DNA of 24,000 nucleotides, taken from Chryseobacterium sp. 18061 (GTDB lineage Bacteria > Pseudomonadota > Gammaproteobacteria > Enterobacterales > Enterobacteriaceae). The notes beneath the pieces are model-generated. The model was not told the DNA's origin. It saw only the letters and a program-made list of their open reading frames with translations, and made no database searches. Of this stretch, positions 1 through 8,048 are shown one piece after another. The position numbers and the translations under genes are program-made. Every line of letters starts with the position of its first letter. Positions within the stretch are counted from its first letter, which is position 1. Location of the stretch: contig CACSKA010000008.1 in the NCBI GenBank assembly GCA_902706205.1, positions 77,923-101,922 of the forward strand, read 5' to 3'.

Positions 1-956
1 TTGGTGACCCGAATTTTGACCGGGAAGCGTTGTGAAACATGCACCCAGTTAATGTTCCTTTTCACCGCCGGTAAGCCTGCAATAATGCTGCCGCCATCGT
101 CTGGCAACACGCCGTAGCTAATGGAATCCACCTGGCCGTCAAAGGTTTTTCCGGTGTCGGTCATCAACCAGACTCGTGCCGGTGTGCCTTCCTGAATATT
201 CTTCAGCTCGGTTTCACGGAAATTAGCGATGACATACCAGTGCGTGGTGTCAATCAGGGTAAATACCGGTTTTCCTGCCGAGACGAATTCACCAATACTG
301 GTTTTCAGGGATGCTACGCGCCCGGTAAATGGCGCACGCACTTCGGTATGTGCCAGATTCAGTTTAGCGATATCAATCTGCGCTTCGATTTCTGCGCGTT
401 GCGCCACCAGCGCATCGACACCACTGACTGCGGCTTCGGCCTGTTTTGCCTGTAATTGCAGACTTTGCAGACGGGATTGCGCGCTGGCATTCGCCGCACG
501 CGCCTGGTCAACTTCTTCTGCCGAAGCAAAGCCCTGAGAAAGCAGCGGTGCAAGCCGGCGTAAGGTATCAGCGGCTTTTTTCGCCTCGGCCTGTGCGCTG
601 ACAATAGAGGCTTTTGCCGATCCAGCGCTGAATTTCTGGGCATTCACTGAACGCTGAGTCAGTTCAATCTGGCGATTCAGTCCTGCGAGTTTCGCCTGTG
701 CCTGCTTCAACGCGGCTTCGTAAGTGGCGGGATCAATCCGGAACAGGAGAGCATCTTTTTGCACCAGTTGGTTATCACGCACCGGTTGTTCAAGGATCCG
801 CCCGCTCACTTCTGGTGACACGGTAATGGTGTCTGCCCAGGCATAGGCATCATCGGTCCGGGGCCGCGCATCAATGCGCCAGACCACCAGAGCGAGTACA
901 ATCAGTGCCGCAACCGTCAGCACAATTAACGTTGTTTTTTGCTTATTTTTAAACAT
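1..956 (-). CDS. mdtN: HlyD-family membrane fusion protein, MdtN-like (5' part; 3' end lies beyond the left window edge)
   Basis: Edge-truncated ORF absent from the supplied track. Manual minus-strand translation from the ATG at 956-954 gives MFKNKQKTTLIVLTVAALIVLALVVWRIDARPRTDDAYAWADTITVSPEVSGRI...GVDALVAQRAEIEAQI...THWYVIANFRETELKNI...GVLPDDGG...NWVHVSQRFPVKIRVT. This is collinear with my recollection of E. coli MdtN. It has an N-terminal TM anchor and lies directly downstream of ytcA, as in E. coli ytcA-mdtNOP. Confidence 0.85.
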   Translation of the reverse strand, partial: MFKNKQKTTLIVLTVAALIVLALVVWRIDARPRTDDAYAWADTITVSPEVSGRILEQPVRDNQLVQKDALLFRIDPATYEAALKQAQAKLAGLNRQIELTQRSVNAQKFSAGSAKASIVSAQAEAKKAADTLRRLAPLLSQGFASAEEVDQARAANASAQSRLQSLQLQAKQAEAAVSGVDALVAQRAEIEAQIDIAKLNLAHTEVRAPFTGRVASLKTSIGEFVSAGKPVFTLIDTTHWYVIANFRETELKNIQEGTPARVWLMTDTGKTFDGQVDSISYGVLPDDGGSIIAGLPAVKRNINWVHVSQRFPVKIRVT

Positions 957-972
957 GTTGATGGCCTGTCGG

Positions 973-1236
973 TTAACTAAAAATAAATAACCAAATAATC
1001 ATTGAAAGGATTGCCGCAATTAATAACCATCCAGCAATATTTAATTTGAAGCGCGCGTGCAACTTATCGCCCATCAGGCTAAAAATAAGCCCGGTGAGTA
1101 TCGAGCCGCCAGCGATGCAATAAAGCCAATCAGGAAAAGCAGCCCCCAAAAAAGGCAATGACGGAGAAAGTGAACATCCCGACAGGGAAAGTATTGCAGG
1201 CAGCAGAACCAGCAGTGTATGCAATCTTATTCTCAT
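973..1236 (-). CDS. ytcA: YtcA-family small membrane lipoprotein
   Basis: ORF 973..1293, trimmed to the internal ATG at 1236 (MRIRLHTLLVLLPAILSLSGCSLSP...). It has a lipobox LSGC and the motif GCSLSP..P..GA.FP.W..C shared with E. coli YtcA as I recall it. There are two further hydrophobic helices. The stop is 17 nt before the mdtN start. Confidence 0.75.
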   Translation of the reverse strand: MRIRLHTLLVLLPAILSLSGCSLSPSLPFLGAAFPDWLYCIAGGSILTGLIFSLMGDKLHARFKLNIAGWLLIAAILSMIIWLFIFS

Positions 1237-1445
1237 GATGGCAGATGACCATTGAATGTAAAAAGCGGAAGATGACCGACCAGAGCGCGGCATCAGATAT
1301 AAGCAGTGGATACCCTGATTATATCATCCAAAATCATAACTACACCGGGGACTATTAGCTTGCTAACTTCTTTGGTGCTTTTTTTTTGTCCAAAAGTAAA
1401 TTATGTTTAATGATGAATCAGTCACGCAGATGACAGAACAGAAAT

Positions 1446-1478
1446 GAAGACCTGCTTTCAGGCAGGTCTTTTTATTTA
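1446..1478 (-). terminator. Rho-independent terminator downstream of scsD, possibly bidirectional
   Basis: Perfect stem agacctgc (1448-1455) / gcaggtct (1462-1469) with loop tttcag. The minus-strand RNA continues UUCAUUUCUGUU. The plus-strand side has a better T-tract (ttttattt, 1470-1477). It sits 9-40 nt past the scsD stop (1487). Confidence 0.6.
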
Positions 1479-1486
1479 CCTGTGCT

Positions 1487-1990
1487 TCACCATCCCGCCC
1501 ACCATAAACGCAGCCGCATTCCCCAACTGCTGGTCAATCCGGTCGTGATACTTTTCACCTCACCTTTTTCGATAAACAGCAGCGTGGGCGTCACCTGTAC
1601 TTGCCAGTCGCGGGCCAGTTTACCCTCCGGATCATTGATGGTCGGTAATGCATAGTGCTTTCGCGCCAACCACTGACTAAGCGTAGCAGCATCACCAGAA
1701 CGCAGCGCGACAGATATCACGTTGGCGCCCTCTTCGGCCAAATTAACCACCGAAGGCGTGGTGTAGCGACATACGCCACACCACGTCGCCCAAACGTACA
1801 CCAGCAGCGGGCGGTCCTGGCTCATTTCAGCCAGAGAAACGGGCTTGCCGTTCAGGGTCTGCAACGGCGTGCTGACAAACGTCGAGGGCAGCGTGGGCTG
1901 GCGAAACTGATCCATCACCAGCATCACCGCCGCCGCAATCAGCAGCAGTACCACACCTTCACGCAGCCAGCGTTTGAGCTTAGCTCGCAT
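1487..1990 (-). CDS. scsD: Membrane-anchored thioredoxin-like protein ScsD (TlpA/DsbE-like)
   Basis: 167 aa with an N-terminal TM helix and the WCGVC active site. It is last in the scsA-B-C-D order known from the Salmonella suppressor-of-copper-sensitivity locus. It overlaps the scsC 3' end by 11 nt. Confidence 0.85.
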   Translation of the reverse strand: MRAKLKRWLREGVVLLLIAAAVMLVMDQFRQPTLPSTFVSTPLQTLNGKPVSLAEMSQDRPLLVYVWATWCGVCRYTTPSVVNLAEEGANVISVALRSGDAATLSQWLARKHYALPTINDPEGKLARDWQVQVTPTLLFIEKGEVKSITTGLTSSWGMRLRLWWAGW

Positions 1991-2564
1991 CGGCTTTCGC
2001 CAGTTCTTGTTTCACCAGCGCCTCCAGTTCGTCGTAAGGAATGGCACCCGCTACCATCGTTTTCCCCACCAGCGTCGCTGGCGTGCCCTGCACGCCCAGC
2101 ACCTGCGAGAGGATCAGGTTCATTTGCAGCGTCTCGCCGCTTTGTCCGTCAGCTTTTATGTTCGCGGTCCCGGTTTTTTGCTGCGCCGCCAGAATAGATG
2201 CCTCATCGTGATAGCCTTTCTTCGACATCAACCGCTGATGCAGCGCCCAGAAGTGCTGCGGCTGCTGACGCCACGCGGTGAGCGCGATGCGGGCGGAATT
2301 AGCTGAGCTTTCACTGCGAAACGGCAGCAGTTTTACCACCAACTTCACATCCGGATATTTATGGACGATTTTCTCCAGTTCCGGATCGAACTGTTTGCAG
2401 TACGGGCAGTTGTAATCAGTGAATGACACCAGCGTCAGACGCGGTTTTTCCGCGCCCATTGATGGCGTATTCGGGTCGTTCCAGAGCACGTTTTCCAGAT
2501 CGGGCTCAGCGGCAAAGCTCAGCGTCGAGAAACAAAACAACAGGATAAAAGTCAAAATGCGCAT
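1980..2564 (-). CDS. scsC: Periplasmic DsbA/DsbG-like thiol:disulfide oxidoreductase ScsC
   Basis: 194 aa with signal peptide MRILTFILLFCFSTLSFA and a CPYC active site (YNCPYCKQF), in the scs cluster position. Confidence 0.85.
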   Translation of the reverse strand: MRILTFILLFCFSTLSFAAEPDLENVLWNDPNTPSMGAEKPRLTLVSFTDYNCPYCKQFDPELEKIVHKYPDVKLVVKLLPFRSESSANSARIALTAWRQQPQHFWALHQRLMSKKGYHDEASILAAQQKTGTANIKADGQSGETLQMNLILSQVLGVQGTPATLVGKTMVAGAIPYDELEALVKQELAKADAS

Positions 2565-2566
2565 GG

Positions 2567-4579
2567 TTATTTTCCTTTAGCGTCGGACAGGGTTTGCAGC
2601 ACGTCATCACGGCTCAGTAGCGGCGACATCACGCGCCCCTGCTCCAGTCCGGGTCCATAAATCTGATTGAAAGGCACGGCCACGCTGTGGCGAGTGCGAA
2701 GAAACTGGCTGATGGTGTCCGACGGGCGGCTCCAGTCGCCGCGCAGCGCCACCACATCCGGCGCAGTGAGCGCGTCCTGGATATCATCCCGCAGCAGTAC
2801 GTTGTATTTATTGGCTTTGCAGGTCACGCACCAGTCGGCGGTAACATCGACAAACACGCGTTTGTTGTCTGCCCGCGCAGCGGCGATCGCCTGTTCACTC
2901 AGCGGCTGCCAGTCGATTCTGTCCGCGACAATGCCCTTGTCACCGGCATGCCACAGCGGGAACGCAATGGCGATAACCAGCGTCGTCGCCAGCGTGCTGA
3001 TGCCCGCCACGCGCCATCCCCAGCGCCATCCCGTCGCGAGCAGCAGAATGCAGGCGAGTCCGGCAAACAACGCGAGCGTCAGCGTCTGCCCGATATGCAC
3101 CGTCAGCAGGCTGGCAAGCCACAGCGACGAGCCGAGCATCATCAACCCGAGAAGGGTTCTGACCACGTTCATCCAGCGGCCCGGACGCGGCATGTGCTGT
3201 GCCAGACCCGGCCAGGCGGCAATCAGCAGCCACGGCAGGCTCATGCCGATGCCCATCGCCAGGAACAAGCCCCATAACAACGGCAGCGGCGCGACCAACG
3301 CCACCGACACCGCCGTGCCGAGAAACGGCGCAGTGCACGGCGTCGCCAGCAGCGTGGCAAACGCGCCCTGCCAGAAATGACCGGCCAGGCCGTTGCCACC
3401 GCGCGTCGCAAGGAAGGTTGATAAACCGGAGGAGAGCCTGATTTCAAACAGGCCAAGCAGGCTGGCGCTGAACAGCACCATCACCCATGCCATCGCCGCA
3501 ATAAACCATGGGTTCTGGAACTGAATGCCCCAACCCAGCGCCTGATTGCTAAGGCGCAGCACGGTCATCATCAGCGCCAGGGCAAGGAACGAGGTCACAA
3601 TCCCGAGCACCGAGGCCATAAACTGCTGGCGCACGCGACGTCGGTCGGTGGATTGCGTTTGAACCAGCGTGCCGAGCTTCATCGCCAGCACCGGCAGCAC
3701 GCACGGCATCACGTTGAGAATCAGCCCGCCCGCCAGCGCCATCAGCAGCACCCATCCCAAAGAAAGCGTCGATTCACTGGCGGGAGACTCGCCTACGGTG
3801 ACGCGGCTTTCCTGCGCCTGACCGCTGTCGGCCAGCACTAGCGAAATCGCTTTCCCACGTATATCCGGCGCGGTTTCGCCCCAACCGTCACTGACCGGCA
3901 GAGTAGCGGTGAGCGTTTGCCCGTCAATTTTATAGGTTGGTTTACCGAAATCGGTGTCGGCCAGGGTGTCGATGAACAGTTCCGGCTTCTGCCAGCCTGC
4001 ATCGCGAATGGCGGTGACGGTCAGTTTTTCGGCGCGATAACCGGCATCCAGCTGCGACGTCAGGCCATCTTTGAGCGGAAGCGTGCCCATTGCACGGGTG
4101 AAATCGTAGCTGAAGTTCGCCCCGGCTGGCGTGGTCAAATCCAGCGTAAACGGATAGTCGGTCAGAATGCAGACGTTGCTGCAGGTCGACAGGGTCAGCA
4201 CGCCTGACAATTTTTCAGGCAGCTTTCCGTGCAGCGTTATCGGGAACGCGACGTTACCGTGATAGCCCTGAGTGGAAATTCCGGCCACCTCAAAACGCTG
4301 AGGTACCGGCCAGCGCCAGTCTATCTCCAGCGGAGTCTGCCATTTTATCGCCGGTGCAATCCCGCCTTCTCCTGGCGAGCGCCAGTAGGTTTTCCAGCCT
4401 TTTTCGAGGCCTACATCCAGCAACACCTGGGTGTCACCGCTCTGCTGAGCCTCGGCCCGCAGCCTGACGCTGGCATGATCGTTATCGGCGGCGTGTAGCC
4501 AGCCCGTATCGGCGGCATGGCTAACGGGCAGCCATAGCCAAAACAGGCAGAGCATAAGCTGCCTGAAAATAATTCGCAT
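2567..4579 (-). CDS. scsB: DsbD-like transmembrane thiol:disulfide reductase ScsB
   Basis: ORF 2567..4627, trimmed to the ATG at 4579. That start has a GGAGAG Shine-Dalgarno 8 nt upstream and gives signal peptide MRIIFRQLMLCLFWLWLPVSHA. The protein has a periplasmic N-domain, a multi-TM core with the conserved cysteines (MPCVLP, TPCTAP), and a C-terminal thioredoxin fold with CVTC. Confidence 0.85.
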   Translation of the reverse strand: MRIIFRQLMLCLFWLWLPVSHAADTGWLHAADNDHASVRLRAEAQQSGDTQVLLDVGLEKGWKTYWRSPGEGGIAPAIKWQTPLEIDWRWPVPQRFEVAGISTQGYHGNVAFPITLHGKLPEKLSGVLTLSTCSNVCILTDYPFTLDLTTPAGANFSYDFTRAMGTLPLKDGLTSQLDAGYRAEKLTVTAIRDAGWQKPELFIDTLADTDFGKPTYKIDGQTLTATLPVSDGWGETAPDIRGKAISLVLADSGQAQESRVTVGESPASESTLSLGWVLLMALAGGLILNVMPCVLPVLAMKLGTLVQTQSTDRRRVRQQFMASVLGIVTSFLALALMMTVLRLSNQALGWGIQFQNPWFIAAMAWVMVLFSASLLGLFEIRLSSGLSTFLATRGGNGLAGHFWQGAFATLLATPCTAPFLGTAVSVALVAPLPLLWGLFLAMGIGMSLPWLLIAAWPGLAQHMPRPGRWMNVVRTLLGLMMLGSSLWLASLLTVHIGQTLTLALFAGLACILLLATGWRWGWRVAGISTLATTLVIAIAFPLWHAGDKGIVADRIDWQPLSEQAIAAARADNKRVFVDVTADWCVTCKANKYNVLLRDDIQDALTAPDVVALRGDWSRPSDTISQFLRTRHSVAVPFNQIYGPGLEQGRVMSPLLSRDDVLQTLSDAKGK

Positions 4580-4627
4580 AAATTCTCTCCATAAGCAATT
4601 GATTAACCTGTAAAAAAAGGCAATCAA

Positions 4628-4987
4628 TCACTCACGGAAGACGCATAATCTCAGATGCACCCGTAGCCGGGGAGGAGAAATGACCCGTGGCGGCCATCGG
4701 CGCTCCGGGCGTTGTGGTACGGCGGCCAGCACGGCCATCAGCAACGTGATGGCAAATATCACGCATTCAAACATCACTGGCGGCGTCGCAAACAGGGATT
4801 TCGCGCTTAGCTCGCACGGCGTCACCGGCGCGTCGCTGTCCTGCTGTTGTTGAACGGATTGTTGGGCAACCGGAGAGGCGTTGATCATCAGCGCGTGCAG
4901 CCCCGCCATGCGCTGCGCGGTGCAGATAAGCACCACCAGACATGCCAGAGCGACAAGAAGGAAAGCTTTACGCTGACGTGAGATCAT
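4628..4987 (-). CDS. scsA: Small membrane protein ScsA (copper-sensitivity suppressor A)
   Basis: 119 aa with an N-terminal signal/TM segment and a second TM segment. It sits immediately upstream of scsB, with its stop abutting the long scsB ORF. Assignment is by position in the scsABCD cluster plus size, and is weaker than for scsB-D. Confidence 0.65.
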   Translation of the reverse strand: MISRQRKAFLLVALACLVVLICTAQRMAGLHALMINASPVAQQSVQQQQDSDAPVTPCELSAKSLFATPPVMFECVIFAITLLMAVLAAVPQRPERRWPPRVISPPRLRVHLRLCVFRE

Positions 4988-5075
4988 AAACGCCTCAATG
5001 AAATTCGAGGCTTATCTTAACGGCAGAATACGCGGAGTGCTGTAAAGAAGTGTCTTGAAGGGGGCAAGCCGTCAT

Positions 5076-5120
5076 TTCCCCCTCACCCCAACCCTCTCCC
5101 TCAGGGAGAGGGAGAAAAGC
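5076..5120. repeat. GC-rich intergenic palindromic repeat (boxC-like), copy 1
   Basis: Sequence ttccccctcaccccaaccctctccctcagggagagggagaaaag, with stem ccctctccct (5092-5101) / agggagaggg (5103-5112). The first 26 nt match copy 2 at 23/26 (hand count). The family name is my recollection of enterobacterial boxC and is uncertain. Confidence 0.6.
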
Positions 5121-5243
5121 GCGAGATCCGGTTGTGTCCCCGCTTGAAATCGCCGGGCCGCAGGCAGATGGCTGAAAGACCGGGCAGTGCGAAGCACCGA
5201 TTTCTATTGCGGGGCCACGTGGCTGGCGCAAGCGCCCGAGCAA

Positions 5244-6056
5244 TTAATTATTAACCGGGATCACCGCACCTTTATATTTGGTATGGATCCAATCCTGAAT
5301 CGCTTTGGAATGCAGCACGTTCACCAGCGCCACGATATCCTTTTTCTTTTCGTCGCCGCGGTGGACGGTAATGATGTTGGCGTACGGGTTGTTCTCGCCG
5401 CTCTCGACCGCAATCGGGTCATGTACCGGGTCGAGGCCCGCGTCGATCGCGTAGTTCGCGTTGATCACCACCGCCGCGCCTTCGTCGTTGTTGTACATCT
5501 GCGGCAGCAGAGAGGCTTCAACGTTCGGCAGGAACTTCAGTTTTTTCGGGTTCTCGACGATATCGCTGATGCGTGCGGTCACTTTATCAATCCCCGGTTT
5601 CAGCTTAATCACGCCCTCTTTCTCGAAGATTGAGAGGATACGGCCTTCTTCAGACACCGCATCACGCATGATGATTTTGCCGCCTTCCGGCAGGTCTTTC
5701 AGCGACGTGTATTTTTTGGAGTAAACACCAATTGGCTCGATGTGAATCGCACCTGCGCTGACGAAATCATAGTCTTTGTCGCCCGCATGGTCTTTCAGCA
5801 CGCTGTTCAGATACGGAATGTGCTGGAAATAGTTAGCGTCGATTTCACGCCCCGCCAGGGCGGTGTTCGGCAGAATGTAGTCCTGGAAACGTTTGATTTC
5901 CAGATCGATGCCTTCTTTCGCCAAGATCGGTTTAGCCTGCTCCAGAATTTCTGCGTGCGGCACGTTAGATGCGCCCACGGTCAGGGTGTCGGCCCAGGAA
6001 GCAAAGCTCAGGGCACTCAGGGTTGCGGCGGCAATCAGTGTGAGTGTTTTATTCAT
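5244..6056 (-). CDS. MetQ/NlpA-family periplasmic substrate-binding protein (non-lipoprotein)
   Basis: ORF 5244..6071, trimmed to the ATG at 6056 (MNKTLTLIAAATLSALSFASWA|DTLTVGAS). The signal peptide has an A-x-A type cleavage site and no lipobox cysteine. The NlpA/MetQ-like body includes NANYAIDAGL and HIEPIGVYS. It is the last gene of a metN-metI-metQ-ordered operon. Confidence 0.85.
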   Translation of the reverse strand: MNKTLTLIAAATLSALSFASWADTLTVGASNVPHAEILEQAKPILAKEGIDLEIKRFQDYILPNTALAGREIDANYFQHIPYLNSVLKDHAGDKDYDFVSAGAIHIEPIGVYSKKYTSLKDLPEGGKIIMRDAVSEEGRILSIFEKEGVIKLKPGIDKVTARISDIVENPKKLKFLPNVEASLLPQMYNNDEGAAVVINANYAIDAGLDPVHDPIAVESGENNPYANIITVHRGDEKKKDIVALVNVLHSKAIQDWIHTKYKGAVIPVNN

Positions 6057-6075
6057 GATGTGTGGTCCCAAAGAA

Positions 6076-6759
6076 TTATCGTTTATCTAAAAGTGAAGTC
6101 ACCACGTCGCCGCAGAACTGAATGATGAAGACGATGATCAAAATGGTCACCGTCGCCACCAGCGTGACGTCGTTATGGTTACGCTGGAATCCTTCCAGAT
6201 ACGCCAGATTGCCTAAGCCACCTGCGCCAATCACGCCCGCCATCGCGCTGTAGCTCACCAGCGCAATCAGGGTGACGGTAATGCCCGAGACCAGCGCCGG
6301 AGAAGACTCCGGCAGCAGGACGCGAAAAATCAGCGTCGACAGGCGCGCGCCCATCGAACGCGTGGCCTCAATGACCCCTTTGTCCACCTCACGCAGGGCC
6401 ATTTCCACCAGTCGTGCATAAAACGGAGCCGCGCCAACAATCAGGGCGGGCAGTGCCGCATCCGCGCCGAGGATCGTGCCGACAATCGTCTTGGTGAACG
6501 GGATCAGCAGCACAATCAGGATGATGAACGGGATCGAACGAAAGACGTTCACCAGCACTGAAATCACGCTGTACACCACGCGGTTATGGAACAAGCCACC
6601 TTTGGCGGTCAAAAACAGCGCCAGACCGAGCACAATGCCGAGTACAAACGTCGCCACGCCGGACAGCGCGGTCATGTACAGCGTTTCCTGCGTCGCAGCC
6701 CACAGTGAATCCAGGTCCAGATGCGGGAACCATTGCGCAGTCAGATTGAGTTCAGCCAT
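6076..6759 (-). CDS. MetI-like ABC transporter permease
   Basis: 227 aa, polytopic, MetI-like along its length. The start overlaps the stop of the upstream ATPase gene by 8 nt. Confidence 0.9.
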   Translation of the reverse strand: MAELNLTAQWFPHLDLDSLWAATQETLYMTALSGVATFVLGIVLGLALFLTAKGGLFHNRVVYSVISVLVNVFRSIPFIILIVLLIPFTKTIVGTILGADAALPALIVGAAPFYARLVEMALREVDKGVIEATRSMGARLSTLIFRVLLPESSPALVSGITVTLIALVSYSAMAGVIGAGGLGNLAYLEGFQRNHNDVTLVATVTILIIVFIIQFCGDVVTSLLDKR

Positions 6760-7774
6760 GTTTAATCACCTCGCTGTCGATGTCGCTGCGTTGCAAATCC
6801 GCGAGGATGTTGTTCAGCTGTTCTTCTGTGGCCACCACGTGCAGCCAAAGTTGGCCAAATACGCCGTGCGCCGTTTGCGTCATCTTGCCGTGCAAAATGT
6901 TGAATGGCAGGCCGTAGCGCAGCGTCAGTTCGCCGACAATCGGCTGATGGGTGCTGTGCCCGGTAAACGTCAACTTAATAACGCTGCCCTGTAAATCGTT
7001 CGCCAGTTCCGGGTTGAACGCCTCGTCTTCGGCATACTGGCTAACCTGACGCACAAACTGCCGGGTAATCGGCTTCTGCGGATGGGTGAAGACGCGGATC
7101 ACCTCGCCTTCTTCCACCACGCGACCGTTTTCCATCACCGCCACCCGGTCGCAAATCTTGCGCACCACGTGCATCTCATGCGTGATGAGCACGATGGTCA
7201 GGCCGAAGCGACGGTTAATGTCGAGCAGCAAATCCAGAATTTGGTCGGTGGTTTGCGGGTCGAGCGCCGAGGTGGCCTCATCGCAGAGCAGAACGTCCGG
7301 ACTATTCGCCAGCGCACGTGCAATGCCGACGCGTTGTTTCTGGCCGCCAGAAAGCTGCGACGGATACGCGTTTTCGCGCCCTTGCAACCCCACCAAATCA
7401 ATCAGCTCCGCCACCCGGGTTTTGATCTGTGCTTTCGGCGCCCCGGCAATTTGCATCGAAAAAGCAATGTTCTCGCTGACGGTGCGCGACCACAGCAGAT
7501 TGAAATGCTGAAACACCATGCTGATTTTCAACCGTGCACGACGCAGGGTTTCACCCTTCGCGGCCGAGATATCCTGACCGTTAATCAGCACGTTGCCGGA
7601 AGTCGGTTTTTCGAGTCCGTTCAGCAAACGAATCAGGGTACTTTTCCCTGCGCCGCTGTAACCGATAATGCCGTAAATCTGCCCCTGCTCGACCGTCAGG
7701 CTAACGTCGTCGACGGCGGCGATGGGCGCTTTACCGTTATCAAAAATTTTTCGGATCTGGTTTAGTACAATCAT
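6752..7774 (-). CDS. MetN-like ABC transporter ATP-binding protein with C-terminal NIL/regulatory domain
   Basis: 340 aa with Walker A GYSGAGKST, signature LSGGQKQR and Walker B LLCDEATSALD. It is collinear with E. coli MetN as I recall it, including the ~100-aa C-terminal extension. Confidence 0.9.
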   Translation of the reverse strand: MIVLNQIRKIFDNGKAPIAAVDDVSLTVEQGQIYGIIGYSGAGKSTLIRLLNGLEKPTSGNVLINGQDISAAKGETLRRARLKISMVFQHFNLLWSRTVSENIAFSMQIAGAPKAQIKTRVAELIDLVGLQGRENAYPSQLSGGQKQRVGIARALANSPDVLLCDEATSALDPQTTDQILDLLLDINRRFGLTIVLITHEMHVVRKICDRVAVMENGRVVEEGEVIRVFTHPQKPITRQFVRQVSQYAEDEAFNPELANDLQGSVIKLTFTGHSTHQPIVGELTLRYGLPFNILHGKMTQTAHGVFGQLWLHVVATEEQLNNILADLQRSDIDSEVIKHG

Positions 7775-7781
7775 TATATTT

Positions 7782-7813
7782 AGATGTATAGAGCTATGGA
7801 CGTCTAGACGTTA
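7782..7813. promoter_or_regulatory. Putative MetJ operator: four tandem 8-bp met boxes
   Basis: Contiguous octamers agatgtat / agagctat / ggacgtct / agacgtta match the consensus AGACGTCT at 6, 5, 7 and 6 of 8 (hand count). They lie 8-39 bp upstream of the metN-like ATG (7774). Confidence 0.6.
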
Positions 7814-7936
7814 GCATCACTGGTACTGATAACTCAACAACAAAATGCTCATATGGTTATGCCGCAATGCGATAACGCCCCCCTTTGCGATTTATCGCTG
7901 GCAGTTGCGGTTAAGTTTTTAGATTGCTTTGAATCG

Positions 7937-7966
7937 TTAACATCATGAAATAACGAGACTTATAAT
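7937..7966 (+). promoter_or_regulatory. Sigma70-type promoter for the J-domain gene
   Basis: -35 TTAACA (7937-7942), 18-bp spacer, perfect -10 TATAAT (7961-7966). This predicts a ~75-nt 5' UTR. Confidence 0.4.
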
Positions 7967-8048
7967 CACGCTTAACCGCTGACAGTCGCCAGGCCGCAGT
8001 GGTACTCTGCCTGCCACTCCGCAGGCCTGGAAGCTGAGCAAACGCGCC

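Noticed and set aside
1403-1447. A 14-codon plus-strand ORF (MFNDESVTQMTEQK) ending 1 nt before the hairpin, whose best T-tract faces the plus strand. It could be a small peptide or sRNA gene.
   Set aside because: There is no Shine-Dalgarno and no convincing upstream promoter. The hairpin is adequately explained as the scsD terminator acting bidirectionally. Only transcriptomics could revive this.
4580-4627. N-terminal extensions offered by the ORF track. These are scsB from 4627, ytcA from 1293, metQ-like from 6071 (TTG), ebgR from 12753 and patA from 10838.
   Set aside because: In each case an internal start has a proper Shine-Dalgarno. It yields either a canonical signal peptide or lipobox, or the same N-terminus as the E. 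coli orthologue. The extensions add non-homologous residues or abut the upstream gene.
4995-5243. An 82-aa ORF (minus strand) between metQ-like and scsA.
   Set aside because: It reads straight through the boxC-like palindromic repeat (PLPEGEGWGEGE is the repeat translated). It has no Shine-Dalgarno and an implausible composition, so the region is better explained as intergenic repeat and promoter DNA.
7868-7900. A short inverted repeat, gcgataa...ttatcgc, in the metN-like/J-domain intergenic region, considered as a possible regulator site.
   Set aside because: It has only 7-bp arms with a ~16-nt spacer, matches no known motif, and has an ambiguous position relative to either promoter. That is too weak to call.
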